Source: Mobula hypostoma (lineage: Eukaryota). From it: DNA of 64,000 bases. A program made the translations under genes and the position numbers. The stretch covers positions 22,260,001-22,324,000 of the forward strand of contig NC_086109.1 of NCBI RefSeq assembly GCF_963921235.1. The letters are read 5' to 3'. Within the stretch, counting starts at the first letter, position 1; every line of letters begins with the position of its first letter. Positions 45,901 through 59,106 of this stretch are shown here, piece after piece. The notes under the pieces are model-generated. The model saw only the letters and a program-made list of their open reading frames with translations, ran no database searches and had not been told where the DNA came from.

Positions 45901-48900
45901 CTCTGCTACACTGATAGAAATGTTCAAAAATAAAGTAAATGTCTTCATAAATTACCGCTAGATACACTGAGGCATTTCAATAATGCTGACTATTGGTAAA
46001 GTAAGATAAACCTGAAGGAATTATCCTGCTAGGTACAATATTACAATATCTTAAAGGAGTCATATTTCTTTTGAAAACAGCTTACATTTATAAATGGATA
46101 AAAAATTACAAATACACTAAAGTGAATAAAAAATACAAGTGCCTGGGAAGCAAGTTTTACTCTGAACAACCAAATTTTAAGCTCTAAAAATCTCAGGACA
46201 AGACAACAAATACAGCTCCTCTCATTAAAAAGCAGAGAATGAGTTTCTGGAATTCTTACCCCACCCCCCTCCCCTTCAACCTAAGTATCTGGAGGATAAA
46301 ATTATTTTCAATATAAAGGTTGTCCATCATGTTAGCAAGTGCTAGTTGCTCAAGAACCCTGTTTACACAGATTACATCATTTATGATTGCACATTACATT
46401 ATAGTTTTATTTTTTTTAAATCAGATTTTAACATCTATTCTGATTTTGTAGATATCTCAATATTAAGCATACTGTCATATTACTGGAACAGGAAGAGATG
46501 TACAATTGGCTGAAAAAAGCTACATGTTTGCCATTTAGAAAATTGATGTTGGAATGGAAACGGAATGGGGAATCCAGCAGAGATAGCTGTTTATTGCTTC
46601 CAACTTAGATTGACAACTTGGAGTTAAGGAACTGGACAAATCTATAGGTGAAAGACAACAACCCAGGCAGCGGTTTCACTGGCATTCAACATGTCCATCA
46701 TGTAGAGATGGGACAAAACGTGCAAGGTCCTTCAGTTGGGTAGTCCTTAGCCTGCTGGCTAGAAAAGAAACAAGAGTCTGAATGTCCTGATTTTGTACCT
46801 ATAATCTCAAGAGGGAAATTATGCAATGGATTGTCAGGAAGGGCAAACCAAGGCAGAACATGTAGAGTTATATGAAGGTTTGCACTGGTTCCACTGAGTT
46901 TCCAGTGCAGAGGACATGTAGCCAGTTTCAAGCTGTGCACAAAAACTGGCATTGTCTTAAGAGAGGGCAGATTGGTTTGAATTGCTTGAAAGAAATTCAC
47001 ATCAAGAGCGTTAAGTGAGACATGCAAAATCTTCCCCATTTCCCTCAAAAGCTAATGGGTTTCAGAACAATGGGACTTTTGAAAATATTAAATTATTTTC
47101 ATACCCGAGTCAATGGTCACTCAATCCGTCCATTGTAATATCAAGCTCAAACTGTAATATCAAGCTGATCTCCCAATCATCTCCTTTAATCCACCAATAA
47201 TGTATAACCAGTACTTAAAACTAACCATCTGAACTCAAGAATTTAACTGAACCTCTCAGCATCCACACCTATAGTGTGATCTGAGCTTGCAAAGAGAATT
47301 GCAAACGTTTATCCCACGTTATGAGAAGTGCTCTAAAATCACATCCTTTGCACTGAATTCCAAACCAGTTGAAAGCTTCTTTGCTACACAAAAAAAAATC
47401 TCTGGAGGAACTCAGTATGTTGAGCAGCATCAGCTGGATGTGAGAAGATTTGCTGATGCTCTGTTGATTTGTTTAAAGTTCCTTTGACATTTTGAATCTA
47501 TTCTTAATGTTAAGCAGCCTGATTAGATTATCCCTCAGTCATCTAAATGGAAGATTACGCAAGCTAGTCCTCAATTCAGCCCAAATGCTACAAGGTGCCA
47601 TTGCAAATTGGCATCACCAGGTCATTTTAAAATACAGAACTACTCAAATTTCCATCATATTGAGACTATACTTGGGATTCAACGAAACTCAATTTAGGCA
47701 ATACCTTTCTGAAATCAAAGCATTTTCTAAGCTCATTGTACCAAGTAATCTGTTCTGCATTTGACTGCTTTCTCGATTCCAGTCTAATTGCTCCTGGAGC
47801 CTAGAAAGTACATAACATGCGGATCAACAGAATAAGACAAGGTTGAAAAGACAAGCTTGTATTAGAATCTTAACAGCATAGTTGGCCACCATTAGCCTAT
47901 TTACACCTTTCCTGGCATACAGGAAGAACAAGTCTGGGAATTTTATTCCCTTCCAATTGTCCAATTTAATTTTGAAAGCAAGTGTGGGCGATTAGTAGGA
48001 ATGGCTGAACTAGATCACCATCTGGCAGTGCATACCAATCACAATGCTTTATATTAAAAATTAACTTTATGCAATTTGTTGTTGGGTGCTTCCATCAACA
48101 ACTTCAGGAAATAACTTTTCCTGCAGATTTTCTTCCAATTTTGAGTGGATATTAAACTAGATCTCTAAAAAAATTCTATTGATTAACTAAAATGAAACAT
48201 GGCTGCAGAACAGATTTGCACTTATAAGAGACGGGCAGTCTGTGCAGAAAATGAAATGCTACAAGGACTTTTTCCTTACACAACCAGTGTGTGCTCATAT
48301 GCCTAACGTTACTCTGTTGACCTCTGTGTGAAAATGGTTATTGCTTCTTAGGACAGTTTCAACACACTGCAAAACTCAGTAAATTAAATTACTTCAAAAG
48401 AAAAATGAAACGATACAAAGTGCAACAAGAATGAATTTTTGATTTCAAGGAAGCCATCGTTCCCATTATCTTCCACTTCATGGATATTGAATTAAAGGTA
48501 AGTTAATTGTAATGTAAAAATAGCTAAGACTGTTAATTTAAAATTGAGTTGAGATTGAGTAAGCAGTATCAAAATTTGAATACCAAATATCTTTGTAGGA
48601 GATGTGATATGGTTCCATAAGCTTTCCCCCAATGAGAGGGTCTTTTTTTGCATCTTAATGCAGCTTGCTGCAGATTAATAAATAATTATTGCTGTAATTA
48701 GCCAGCAACTTCTTCAGCAATGCATCACACAACTAGCAACAGAGTAAAATATGAACTAGTCATGATCTCATGATCCCTGTATTCTGAGGCCTGGAAAAGA
48801 GCAAGCTCGAGAAGGAAATAAAAGGAGTTGGACTATTTTATCTTTAAAGCCTTTTCTGCTGTTCGATATAATTACAATTGATTTAGATTTTTTTTTAAAG

Positions 48901-50956
48901 GTCTGTCTAGGTTCCAAAAACCTTTGCTAGGCATGGAAATCTATCAACCAAAAATATTCAAGAAACATCTCCGAGCCTTTCAGCTTTCTTGGGATTTTGG
49001 GCTTGCTCCACTCTGTTTGAAGCACATTCTGCTACAAGGCTTGAATGGCTTTGTTCCAAAGTACTTTGGGTCTGCAACAATGGGAAACAAATGTGGAAAG
49101 GAGCAGAGGACGGAAGTTTAAAGAAGTTCTAATCATAGCATTGATAAAAACAAAATTATAAAAGATACATAAAATTAATTGAGATTGTCTAATGAATGAG
49201 AGCAACTACCTTGCCCAGGAGTGGCAGAATGACAGATATGGCTACATACCTGGACAGGTGTGGGTTGCATTAACATTATGCCCCAAGTTCTTCAGTATCA
49301 GAAATCTTAATATATTAATAGTTGCCATGAAGTACAAGTTCATAATTTTATGAATGAGAAAGGTCTTCCACCCCACTCTAAAGTTATCTAACCCAAGTGA
49401 CTTAAGGTCTCCTCATCACAGATTTAATTTTTTCCCCATTTAATCTTTCAACAAGAAATTTCCAGGTGAATCAATGGAATATGTTCCTGAACACTTTTAG
49501 GGAAGATTTTCAAAAGTCTAATCAAGAAGTACCTAAAGAGGTACTGCAATCCTAACCAGGACAAATGAGTAATAGTTCAAGAGAAACTGGCAATAAAAAT
49601 CTATCTTTCTTCTTTCCCAAGCAATCTTATTGATATTTTGCCATGTTTATTTCACAAAGAAATCCAGAAATGAATGCCTTCAGCTGGAGTCGAGTGAAAG
49701 GTTGTGGCATATATCTCCACTCCACAGTCCAGAGATCAAAGGAACTCAGCATGAGCAGCTTAACAATAGGAAGCTCAGAAGCAGCCAGCTTCACAGCCCA
49801 GGGCCGACACTGAGCTAGACTTAAGCCATTAGTGAAACAGGCATCTCAGTAATCATAAAAAGGCTACTCAAGAACATCAGCAATGATTTCCAATAGGTAT
49901 TAGGGGCAAGGTTAAATTGCAACAACTTCAGTATTCAAGGCTGGAAGAAACCTCAGCATGCACGTGCTGTCCTCAAACATTATTTAAAACTCCTTAAAAT
50001 ACTCCAAGATCAAGGGACGTCTTTAGACTTGCAGAGATGAACCCCAATAAAAAAATCAGAGGCAGATGGTAGACATGCACTTTGATACATACATGCAGAA
50101 GGAGTCTTGTATATGGAAGCTGAATCAGAATAAGTAATTAAGGTTGGGTTAGTCTTACATGGAGTTTAAATACTGGTCTAAAGTAGTTAAGATGACTGCC
50201 CATTTTTGTGGCACTGTTTCTACCCAATGGGGAATGAATTTTGTTCATTTTCTCAATGTGGGAGATTCTGACAAGCCTGACTGCTAATGTCATACCCAAA
50301 TATCGTACCCTAACTGCATAAACTCACTGGCCAGCTAGGTCAATTCAAGAGGCAGAAAAGGGTTAATCATTCTGCTGTAAAACAGAAATAATGTAGAGAC
50401 TCAGAGTGGGCAAAGGTAACGTATCCTCAAGGAAACGAGTGAACACTGAAGAAACTGGACCATAAGTGAGCATTGTTCAGATATTCCAAAGATCTATTCC
50501 TGCACATCCTCACAATGTGTTTCGTCAATAGGTAAATTTACAGTCATGCAAGTAAAATTTAAAACAGCAAAATAGTGGCAAGTCTTCATTAAAAACAGTC
50601 TATTGTGAAGATACAGAGCATCTTGTTTGGTTTATAGTGCTGGTGGCACTCCTGCTACATTATGCACTCGGAAATGAAGTGCAGGTTCGACAAGGCCTTT
50701 TCAGGACATTAACCAGAATCAGATTAAAGAGGTCAAAATCCTGACCACGAATGGCCTGAACATCTGTGTAAACAGGGCTGGCCTTCACTTGCTGAGTGCA
50801 TTTTAACGTCACCGCAATTCAAGGAACACACTTTAAGAACGGCACGATTTCTTCACTAAAATTTGAATCCCAGCCAACTTATAAAACTAAAACTTCACAT
50901 CCCTGTTTAAAAAGAAAGAAAAAATATTTATTTAAAAAGTTGAGTATATACACACG

Positions 50957-51319
50957 TTATTGTGGAAAACTTTGCTGATCTTGGGGTTGATGACTGTGAT
51001 CTTCCTGTATTACGGGCAGCTTAGCCTGGACTTCAGGTTCCACTGCCATATCATCTGAACAGCTCACATCAGTTTCTGTTTTAATTTCTTTAGTGGCGGT
51101 GTCAGAGTCTGTGTTTGGTTTTGTTTCTGTCTCCTCCTGGTGGTATTTCTTCAGGCGTATGTGCCATGCTAAGCTACAAACAGCAGACACAGTTTTGAAC
51201 TGGTGAATGACATTTCGAGGAATAAAGTATATGTCGTTGTCCGAGAGCTGGATTCTGGAGTAGCGGATGCCCTCCCTCCGTAATTGATTGAGTTTTGCTT
51301 CATCCACCCATTGCACGCA
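50957..51319 (-). CDS. RSBN1: RSBN1 last coding exon ([25 protein letters not shown]...[15 protein letters not shown]...SFPQ*)
   Basis: TTTTCACAG|TGC GTG CAA; stop TAA at 50957-50959; ORF 50957..51316. Confidence 0.94.
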   Translation of the reverse strand, partial: CVQWVDEAKLNQLRREGIRYSRIQLSDNDIYFIPRNVIHQFKTVSAVCSLAWHIRLKKYHQEETETKPNTDSDTATKEIKTETDVSCSDDMAVEPEVQAKLPVIQEDHSHQPQDQQSFPQ

Positions 51320-51534
51320 CTGTGAAAAGAAAAGAGAAACTAGAATGGTATATCGTCCTTGCAGTAAATGACACTGACGCGGAAATCACTGAAGCAAGGA
51401 TAGTTGACAACCTATTCCAATAGTTAGATGCTATTCCTCAACAAACCACCATTATACTTTACATAGTCAGTGGCAGGAAGATTCTTATAAATCGGATTTA
51501 CTTGCACTTAGAAATGCATGCCCAGTATTCATCT

Positions 51535-51800
51535 TTTTATTCATTCAGAGATACAGCATGGAACAGGCCCAACGAACTGCACCGCCGAACAACCCACCTC
51601 TTTAACCTTAGCCTAATCAACGGACAATTTATAATGACCAATTAACCTACTAACCGGTACATCTTTTGCCCGTGGAAGGAAACTGAAGCACTGGAGGTAA
51701 CTCACATGGTCATGGGGAGAACGTACAAACTATTTAAATATGACACAGGATTGAACTCTGACCTCCTGAGCTGTAATAGCGCTACAGGAACCGCTACACT
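51535..51800 (-). mobile_element. tRNA-derived SINE (V-SINE-like)
   Basis: Homologous to 56755-57010 and 60570-60850. Confidence 0.7.
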
Positions 51801-53229
51801 AAAATTAAGTGTCATGATCTGGTTATTAAGAGTCAGCATGACTCTTGTGGTGTGGGGGGGGGGGAGTCCCCTCTTCCACATATTTGATTGAGTTATATTT
51901 TATGGAGATGAGGAAGGATGGAAGATGATGATATCGGGCAATGGATGCTGCATACACAGATTTTAGTAAAGCATTTGACAAGATCCCTTAGAGTACAGTA
52001 ATCCAGAAGAGTAAGTCACATGGGATCCACAGTGAGTTGGTAAATTAGATACAAGATTGTCTTGACCATAGACAACAATGGTAATGGTGGAGAGGTGTTT
52101 CTGTGATTGGAGGTTTGTGACCAGTGGTGATCTGCAAGGATCAGTACTACTGCTAGCTGCTTGTGATATGAATATATAGATGGGCTGATAAGTTTGTAGA
52201 TGACAAAAATCCAAGTTGCGGAAAAGGAGGAAGGTTGCCAAAGGAGACTGTGGGATACAGGTCAGCTGGAAACCAGGCAGAGAAATAGCAGGTGCAGTTT
52301 AATTTGGACCAAGTGTGAGATGATGTGTTCTGAGATATAAAATGCAAGAGGATACTATACGGTAAATGGCAGGATCCTTGAGAACACTGACGCACAGAGG
52401 GATCTCAGAGTGCAAATCCAGAGCGAATGTTGATCCCTTGCTTAAGGGAGGCTCTAAGAATAAGATGAGAAATTATAGGTTGGTGAGGGTAACCCTGACC
52501 AGTCATGGTAAGTTATTGGAAGGTATTCTAAGGGACTAGATATAAGTATTTGGACAGACATGCGCTGAATAGGGACAGACAACATGGTTTTGTGCATGGT
52601 AGCTCATGCTTAACCAATCTTATAGAGCTTTTCAATGACTTTACCAGGGAAGTTGATGAAGGTAAGGCAGTAAGTGTGGTCTACATGGACTTTAGTAAGG
52701 TCTTTGGAGGTTGGTCAAAAAGGTTCATTTGCTTGGTATTCAAGGTGAGGTAGTTAATTGACATTGGCTTCGTGGGAAAAGCCAGAGAGTGGTAGTAGAT
52801 GATTACCTCTCTGACTGGAGGCCTGTGTGTCAAAGGGATGATGCTGCGTCCGTTGTTTGTCATCTATATCAACAATCTGGATGATAATGTAGTAAACTGG
52901 ATCAGCAAATTTGTGGATGACACCAAGATTAGGCTGTGGTGGACAGCAGACAAAGTTCCAGTGGGATCTGGACCAGCTGGAAAAATGTTTTGAAAAATGG
53001 CAGATGGAATTTAATGCAGACGAGTGCGAGGTGTTGCACTTGGGGAGGACAAACTAGGGTAGGACTTAACACAGTGAATGGTAGGGCACTGAGGAGTGCA
53101 GTAGAACAAAGGATCTGGGAATACAGACCCATAATTCCTTGAAAGAGGCATCAAAGGTAGATTGGGTCATAAAGAACATTTTTGGCACTTCCGCCTTCAT
53201 AAACCAAAGAACTGAACACTGGAGTTGGG

Positions 53230-53372
53230 CCTTCAGTTAGTCCTGACGAAGGGTCTCGGCCTGAAACGTCGACTGCGCCTCTTCCTATAGATGCTGCTTG
53301 GCCTGCTGCGTTCACCAGCAACTTTGATGTATGTTGCTTGAATTTCCAGCATCTGCAGAATTCCTGTTGTTT
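53230..53372 (+). mobile_element. 143-bp Penelope-derived insertion with 12-bp TSD inside the CR1
   Basis: TSD ACTGGAGTTGGG at 53218-53229 and 53373-53384. Confidence 0.9.
53239..53274 (+). ncRNA. Minimal type-I hammerhead ribozyme motif, intact core, GUC cleavage after 53270
   Basis: Stem I AGTC/GACT; CTGACGA; stem II AGG/CCT; GAAA; palindromic ACGT stem III; GTC triplet. Confidence 0.75.
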
Positions 53373-54335
53373 ACTGGAGTTGGGATGTTATGTTGAAGTT
53401 GTACAAGGCAATGGTGAGGCCTAATTTGGAAAACTGTGTGCAGTTTTGGTCACATACCTTTAACAAGGATGTCAACGAGGTTGAAAGAATGCAGTGAAAC
53501 TTTACAAAGATGTTGCCTGTACTTGAGGACCTGAGTTATAGGGAAAGGCTGAATAGGTTAGAAATCTATTCCCTAGAGCATAGAAGAATGAGGGGAGATT
53601 TGATCAGGGTTATACAAAAGTATGAGGGTTATAGATAGGGTATATGCAAGCAGGCTTTTTCCACCGAGGTTGGGTGAGACTAGAACTGGAGGTCATGGAT
53701 TACAAGTGAAATGTTTATGGGAAACACGAGGGAAAACCTCTTCACTCGAGGTTGGTGAGAGTGTGGAATGAGCTGTCAGCGGAAGAGGTGTGTGTGTAAA
53801 GAGAAAGTTGGATAGGTACACAGATGGAGGGGGTTTGGATGGCATGGTCCAGGTGCAGGTCAATGGGACTAGGGAGATTAATAGTTCAGCACAGACTAGA
53901 TGGGCCAAAGGGCCCCTTTCTGTGCTGTAGTGTTCTATGACTTCACTTCCAAAATCTCAAAATGAAGCGCTTTCTTCAAGACCAGACCACAGGTCAAATA
54001 CCTTTGGGACAGTACTGCATGGAACACCTTAAACTACATCTCTAAAACCTCTGCACAAGTTCTAACAGCTTAGGGAATAATGTTTGGCTGCAAAGGTGAC
54101 AAAATATTGCAAGAATGGTTCCAATTACCAGCTACATTACTTGAAACTAATACAAACATCCTGAAGTTAATCCAACCGCACAAAATTGATGGCGAGCAGA
54201 ATCCTCCCATCAAATTCCGCTTCCCATATGTCACTCCTCAGCATGATACAATGAGTTAAAGCAGATAGCTAGACAGATGTGCAACTCTACATATAAACTC
54301 CCGCTGAACTCTAGAAGGGGATTTGAATGCAATAC

Positions 54336-54444
54336 CTGTGACACAGGTGGCTCATGCAGATCCAGCTGTAATCGTTGCACAACGTCTGTGAAGTCCTCTG
54401 CATGAAAACATATCACGTCTTTGGTTATTCGAATCTTGTCACTC
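54336..54444 (-). CDS. RSBN1: RSBN1 exon ((W)[36 protein letters not shown])
   Basis: TAG| ... CAG|GTATTG, 109 nt, phase 2-0; FTDVVQRL and PPVSQ are RSBN1-type. Confidence 0.95.
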
Positions 54445-54911
54445 CTACCAAGAAGGGAACAAGAGTTTTATTAAGTGGGATTTGAAAATAATTTCAGTTT
54501 TTGTAATAATCAGATTAGAATGACTGAAGCAATTTAAAGTTTGAAATACAAAGAATGAATTTACAACATTTTATCAAACTCCATTAATACTGGAGAAATG
54601 TTTGGAAAAAAATACAGGAAAGGACAAGTAATAAAAAAAGTCTATCAATTGAGAATTCAGATACACTGAGAGAAGCTTAACATTAGACAAGTAAAATTTC
54701 AATCATCAAACAGATAATGAGCCTCTGTTAAATAGAGCACCAGGGGTTCTTGATAAATACAAAATAATAAAGGACTCACGAAGAACATAAGCAAACTCAT
54801 TTCTGAATTGGCTCACCAAGGAGTCAACTTTAATCCAGTGTTAGGATTGCACAAGATACAAAGCTTTTAACTACATAGAATTGCACCTAAGGCACCGCCT
54901 TTGAATCCAAG

Positions 54912-54984
54912 TACGGGTACCGTGCAAAAGTCTAAGGCACATATATAGCGTTTGGGTGCTTAAGATTTCTGCATAGTACTGTAG
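54912..54984. mobile_element. Short palindromic Tc1-type MITE (degenerate)
   Basis: TACCGTGCAAAAGTCTAAGGCAC ... GTGCTTAAGATTTCTGCATAGTACTGTA inverted arms; partial copy at about 55030-55050. Confidence 0.6.
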
Positions 54985-55762
54985 ATTATTTTTTCCATTT
55001 TCCGAATTCCACTTAATACTACTGAGCTAATACAAAAGTCTTAGGCATCTTAGCTACATTAACTGTAGATGTAAGGCATGGCTCAATAGTAATGCTGTCC
55101 TCAGTGCAAAGACCAAGTTTAGGTCTCATTTCATACTGACAGTCCCAGTACAAAAACATAGGAGCGTCAGAGCTGAAAAGTTTGTAGGAACCATGTATCC
55201 ATTCTCTATCTGCTTTCTATTCTGCATTGCTTGGTCATTATGATAACTAGTCACATGAGCGGGGGTGTGGTCAAAGTGAAGCGAATAAGTTACATATTCT
55301 TGCTTATTTAGGGGAAGTTTGTAGCTTGGGAATGGCAGATGTCGTATCTATTGCTGACCGCCGAGATAACACAGAATAATGCTTAGCTTATACTTGGGTA
55401 CACTCAAGTTAATCGTTTCAAGATTGTATGTTTGCTAATTGCTAATAAAGGATATATCTTTTGGAACTATCCTTGGAGCTGGGTGTGCGTCATGCAAGTA
55501 TAGTAACTCCACTGTGGTTGCAGGCTAGCAGCAATTGTTTAGTTTTGGTTTTGCTGCTACAAAGCAGAAGTGTGCTTGGAAGGTGAAAGGAGTGCTGATG
55601 AAAAGACTCAAAATTGTTACGACACAGGTGACAGCCATCAGGGCCACTGTCTTTAGCTTGAGGTACAGCAATCCCACACGGTACTTTTCTCCGACTACAA
55701 TCATGTTGTCATTCTATCTATTCCTCTCTGGAAACACTAAATGCAGATACTTCCAGATTCCT

Positions 55763-56095
55763 AAAACGAGAAATTCTGCAGAATGTGGAAATCCAAAGCA
55801 AAACACACAAAATGCTGGAGGAACTCAGGTCAGGCTGCATCAACGCAAGTGAAAGAACAGTTGATGTTTCCGGCCAAGACCCTTCTTTGGGACTGGAAAA
55901 GAAGGGGTAAGGTGGTGGGGGGGGGAGGGGAAGGAGGCTAGCCAGAAGGTGACAGGTGGAACTAGGTGGGTGGGAGAGGAGAGTGGACCAGAGGAGAAAG
56001 GGAAGGAGGGGACTCAGGGGGAGGTTACAGGCAGCTGAGAAGAGATAAGAGCCCAGAGTGGGGAATAGAAGGAGAGGAGGGATTTTAAAAAAAAC
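55763..56095 (-). mobile_element. Penelope-derived terminal repeat, degenerate hammerhead
   Basis: Homologous to 3557-3865 and 34272-34708. Confidence 0.75.
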
Positions 56096-56754
56096 TGGTT
56101 TTGCAGGGAGCAGTCAAGATTACTGTTTACTGATTGCTGGTTTTTTTCCTGCATAAAGAGGTTAAACCATGTCCCCTTGTAACCTTTGCCTAAGAATGTA
56201 AATCTATGGTTCCAGGTGCACGAATCATCCAGTTATAACAACAAACAACTTCCTTTCATTTGCCGCATTTTAACCACTCACAATCTTGCACACTTCTATC
56301 AAATATCCCAATCTGCATGGCTCCAAAAAGAAAACCACCAGCTGGTCTAAGCTTATAACTAAAATTCTTGGTTTAGGTTTTTGGCTGAAATAATTCTAGT
56401 GAATCATTTTTGTATCGTCTCTAGGAGCTCCACACTCTTTTAAAGATGGCTGAGTAGGATTCCAGCATAACGCCCATATTTCTGAACTCTACTCAAGATC
56501 AATATCTCATCTTACTAACTGCACTCTCAACATATCCTGCCACTTATAAATGTGTGCCCAAGACTGTCCCAGCACCATATTTAAAACTTCTTTAAATAGT
56601 TTATTTTGACCTATTCATTCTTTTTAGCAAAAGGCATCACTTCACACTTCTCACATGCCACTTGTCTGCCTACTCTAAGTCTTGGTACAATAAAAGAAAA
56701 TACTACAAGCACATGGGTCGGGCAGCAACAGTGGAAAAAAGAATCAGTTAACAT

Positions 56755-57010
56755 TTATTTATTTCGTGATACAGTGTGGAGTAGGTCCTTCTGGCCCTTT
56801 GAGCTACACCACTCCAGCAAACCCACAACTCTGATTAACCCTAACCTAATCACGGGACGATTTACAACGACCAATTTACCTACCTGGTATGAGGAAAGCG
56901 GAGCACATCCAATGGGGAGGACACACAGAGACTACTTACAGAGTGGTGCCAGATTTGAACTCCAAAGGCCTCGAGCTGTAATAATGTTAAGCTAACCACT
57001 ACTCTACTGT
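56755..57010 (-). mobile_element. tRNA-derived SINE
   Basis: Homologous to 51535-51800. Confidence 0.7.
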
Positions 57011-57027
57011 GGGGCCCAAAGAATGCA

Positions 57028-57100
57028 CAGTTCCGCTGGGGCTTGAACACAGGACCCTCCGCGTGTAAAGCAGACACGATAACTACTAGATTATGGAACC
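57028..57100 (-). pseudogene. tRNA-Val(TAC) pseudogene
   Basis: GGTTCCATAATCTAGTAGTTATCGTGTCTGCTTTACACGCGGAGGGTCCTGTGTTCAAGCCCCAGCGGAAC is colinear with vertebrate tRNA-Val-TAC; anticodon at 57065-57067; D-stem/A box and 3' end are mutated. Confidence 0.8.
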
Positions 57101-57184
57101 TTCTATTCAGTGTTTCTTTTTGTACAGATGCTGACTGACATTGTGTTTTTTCAGCATTTTCTGTTTTTATTTCAGATTTAAAGC

Positions 57185-58135
57185 ACAGAACAACACTGGA
57201 TATGCCATTCAGTGCATGAGTTGTGCCATTCTGATGCTAATTTATACTAAATGTCCTCCTAAGCATCATCTATATCCTTCCATTTTCATGTGTCTATTTA
57301 AAAGCCTCAAACTGCCTGATTCCACTAGCACTAGTAACCCATTCTTGCCATCTATCATTCTCTGCATAGAAAAGCCTGCTGCTCATGCTGCTTTCAACCT
57401 CCTCCCTCCAATTCTTGAAAGTATGTGCTTTGGTGTTCTACCCTGTGGAAAAAAATCTGGCTGTGTATCATATCCAGGCTTCTCAATTTTAAAGCCCCCC
57501 CCCGTATTTGACACTCTAAGGTAGGGAGTTCTCAACCTTTTTTAATGCATGGACCGATACCATTAAGCAAAGTGTTCGTTAACCCCAGGCTGGGAACCTA
57601 GATCTAGGAAGAACACCCCAAGTTTGTTCAATCTTTCCCTATATCTCATACCTTCTAATTCAGGCAGCATCCTGGCAAACCTCTTCTGCACCCTTCCCCA
57701 GTCTCCACATCCTTTCTATAATAATGCTACCAGAAATGCACTCAATGCTCAAGTGTCTAAATAAAGTTTCATATAGCTGCAGCATGACTTCCTTCATCTT
57801 TTCCTCAACACCCCTGCCAATGAAAGAAAGCATGCCATACACCTTCTTACCATCTTATCCACATGTGTAGCCCACTTTCAGTAAACAATGGACTTTGACT
57901 CCAAGATCCTTCTCTTTCTCCATGACATTAACCTTTTCCATTCACTTGACCTCCCGAAGTGCAACATCTCCCACTTGCCCGGGTTAAATTCTATCTGCCA
58001 CTTCTCTGTCCATATCTGTAACTGATTAGATCTTGCTATATTCTTTGACAGTCCTTTACACTGTCCACAAGTCCTTCAATCTTGGTGTTACCTATCTACA
58101 TTTTCATTCAAATTATTGATATCGATCACCAGCAC
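57185..58135 (-). mobile_element. Old CR1 3' fragment with nested hAT MITE (about 57522-57601)
   Basis: ORF 57660..57842 YGMLSFIGRG...EVMLQLY. Confidence 0.75.
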
Positions 58136-58707
58136 TGATACCTTTGCCATCCACTCAGGCAGTGCATTCTGGGTTTCAACCAACTGCTTCCTCAAATCCC
58201 CTAGAAATTTCTTACTTTTACCTTTTAATCTCTGTCCATTGGTTTTAGATAATCCTCTTGTGGGGGAGATCTCCTATCATCTAGCCTATGTCCTGAAATT
58301 TTTTTACATTTCCATCAGGGCCCTCCCTAAGCCTTTCTGCTTCAAGGAAAACAAATCACTCTCTGTATAAATGAAATGCTCCATGTCAGACAACATACTG
58401 GTGAAATCTCTCTTCCTATAGCGTAGTGATCATCTGCAGATTGAAAAATTTTAACCCTGGATACTGGAGTTGTCAGGGACAAATGCCAGCGTCTTTAGTT
58501 GCAGAGGTTCAATGTTAGTATCTTGACGATCATGGAATTATTCCATGTAACAAAAGGATGGCTTCCTTTGAAATGAACTTATCCAAGAAATCACATGAAA
58601 TGGCACCAGTGAGGGGATGATGGGAATACTTGGAGTAGGTATATTGACCCCATTCTGCATAAATCTGTAATGAAAGGCCAGACAAATGCAAATTACGACC
58701 TTCTTAC

Positions 58708-58875
58708 CACTCTCCATACTGGACTGCCTTCAGTACACCTACAGCTGCCGTGCTCTTCCAATCAAAGCCTTGCCCCACGTGATCTGCGTGGGCTCGCGTC
58801 CTGTCCTCAAAGAGGATTTCGCGAGGTTCGCTGGCCCGAGGTAGATACTGGAGATTCTTGATTTCATTCATTGAT
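58708..58875 (-). CDS. RSBN1: RSBN1 exon (SMNEIKNLQYLPRASEPREILFEDRTRAHADHVGQGFDWKSTAAVGVLKAVQYGE)
   Basis: TTTTGCAG| ... TG|GTAAGA, 168 nt. Confidence 0.96.
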
Positions 58876-58963
58876 CTGCAAAATAATAATAATAGTCAAA
58901 ACCAAGCTTGCCCTGGGTTTTGGTAAAGACTGCCTGAAGCGTTACATCCCAAGGTATTCCTAC

Positions 58964-59106
58964 CGTCGTCTCTTGAAGGGTGACTTTGGCATATCAGCAG
59001 TTGGAATCATCTGCTCGCCGGGTCTCACCCACATTATGGGCCCATCGTCACTCTGTGACCGGCAGTGCAGCTGAAGGTTGGACAGTGTCCCCCATGGCAG
59101 AGTCAT
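58964..59106 (-). CDS. RSBN1: RSBN1 exon (MTLPWGTLSNLQLHCRSQSDDGPIMWVRPGEQMIPTADMPKSPFKRRR); upstream exons not found in the window
   Basis: TAG| ... CG|GTAGGA, 143 nt; CRSQSDDG and PTADMP are RSBN1-type. Confidence 0.96.

Larger units (their letters stand above)
51805..53942 (+). mobile_element. Composite degraded CR1 fragments
   Basis: QHGFVHGSSCLTNLIELF and WISKFVDDTKI translations; CR1 tail. Confidence 0.85.

Noticed and set aside
47134..47167. Short direct repeat TGTAATATCAAGCT x2
   Set aside because: Simple local duplication with only two units and no further structure
39140..50950. Short ORFs between PHTF1 and RSBN1 as an additional gene
   Set aside because: No recognisable homology or consistent exon chain; lengths are compatible with chance or repeat remnants
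55183..55512. Possible solo LTR (TGTAGG start, internal AATAAA)
   Set aside because: No convincing terminal CA/inverted end or TSD could be identified
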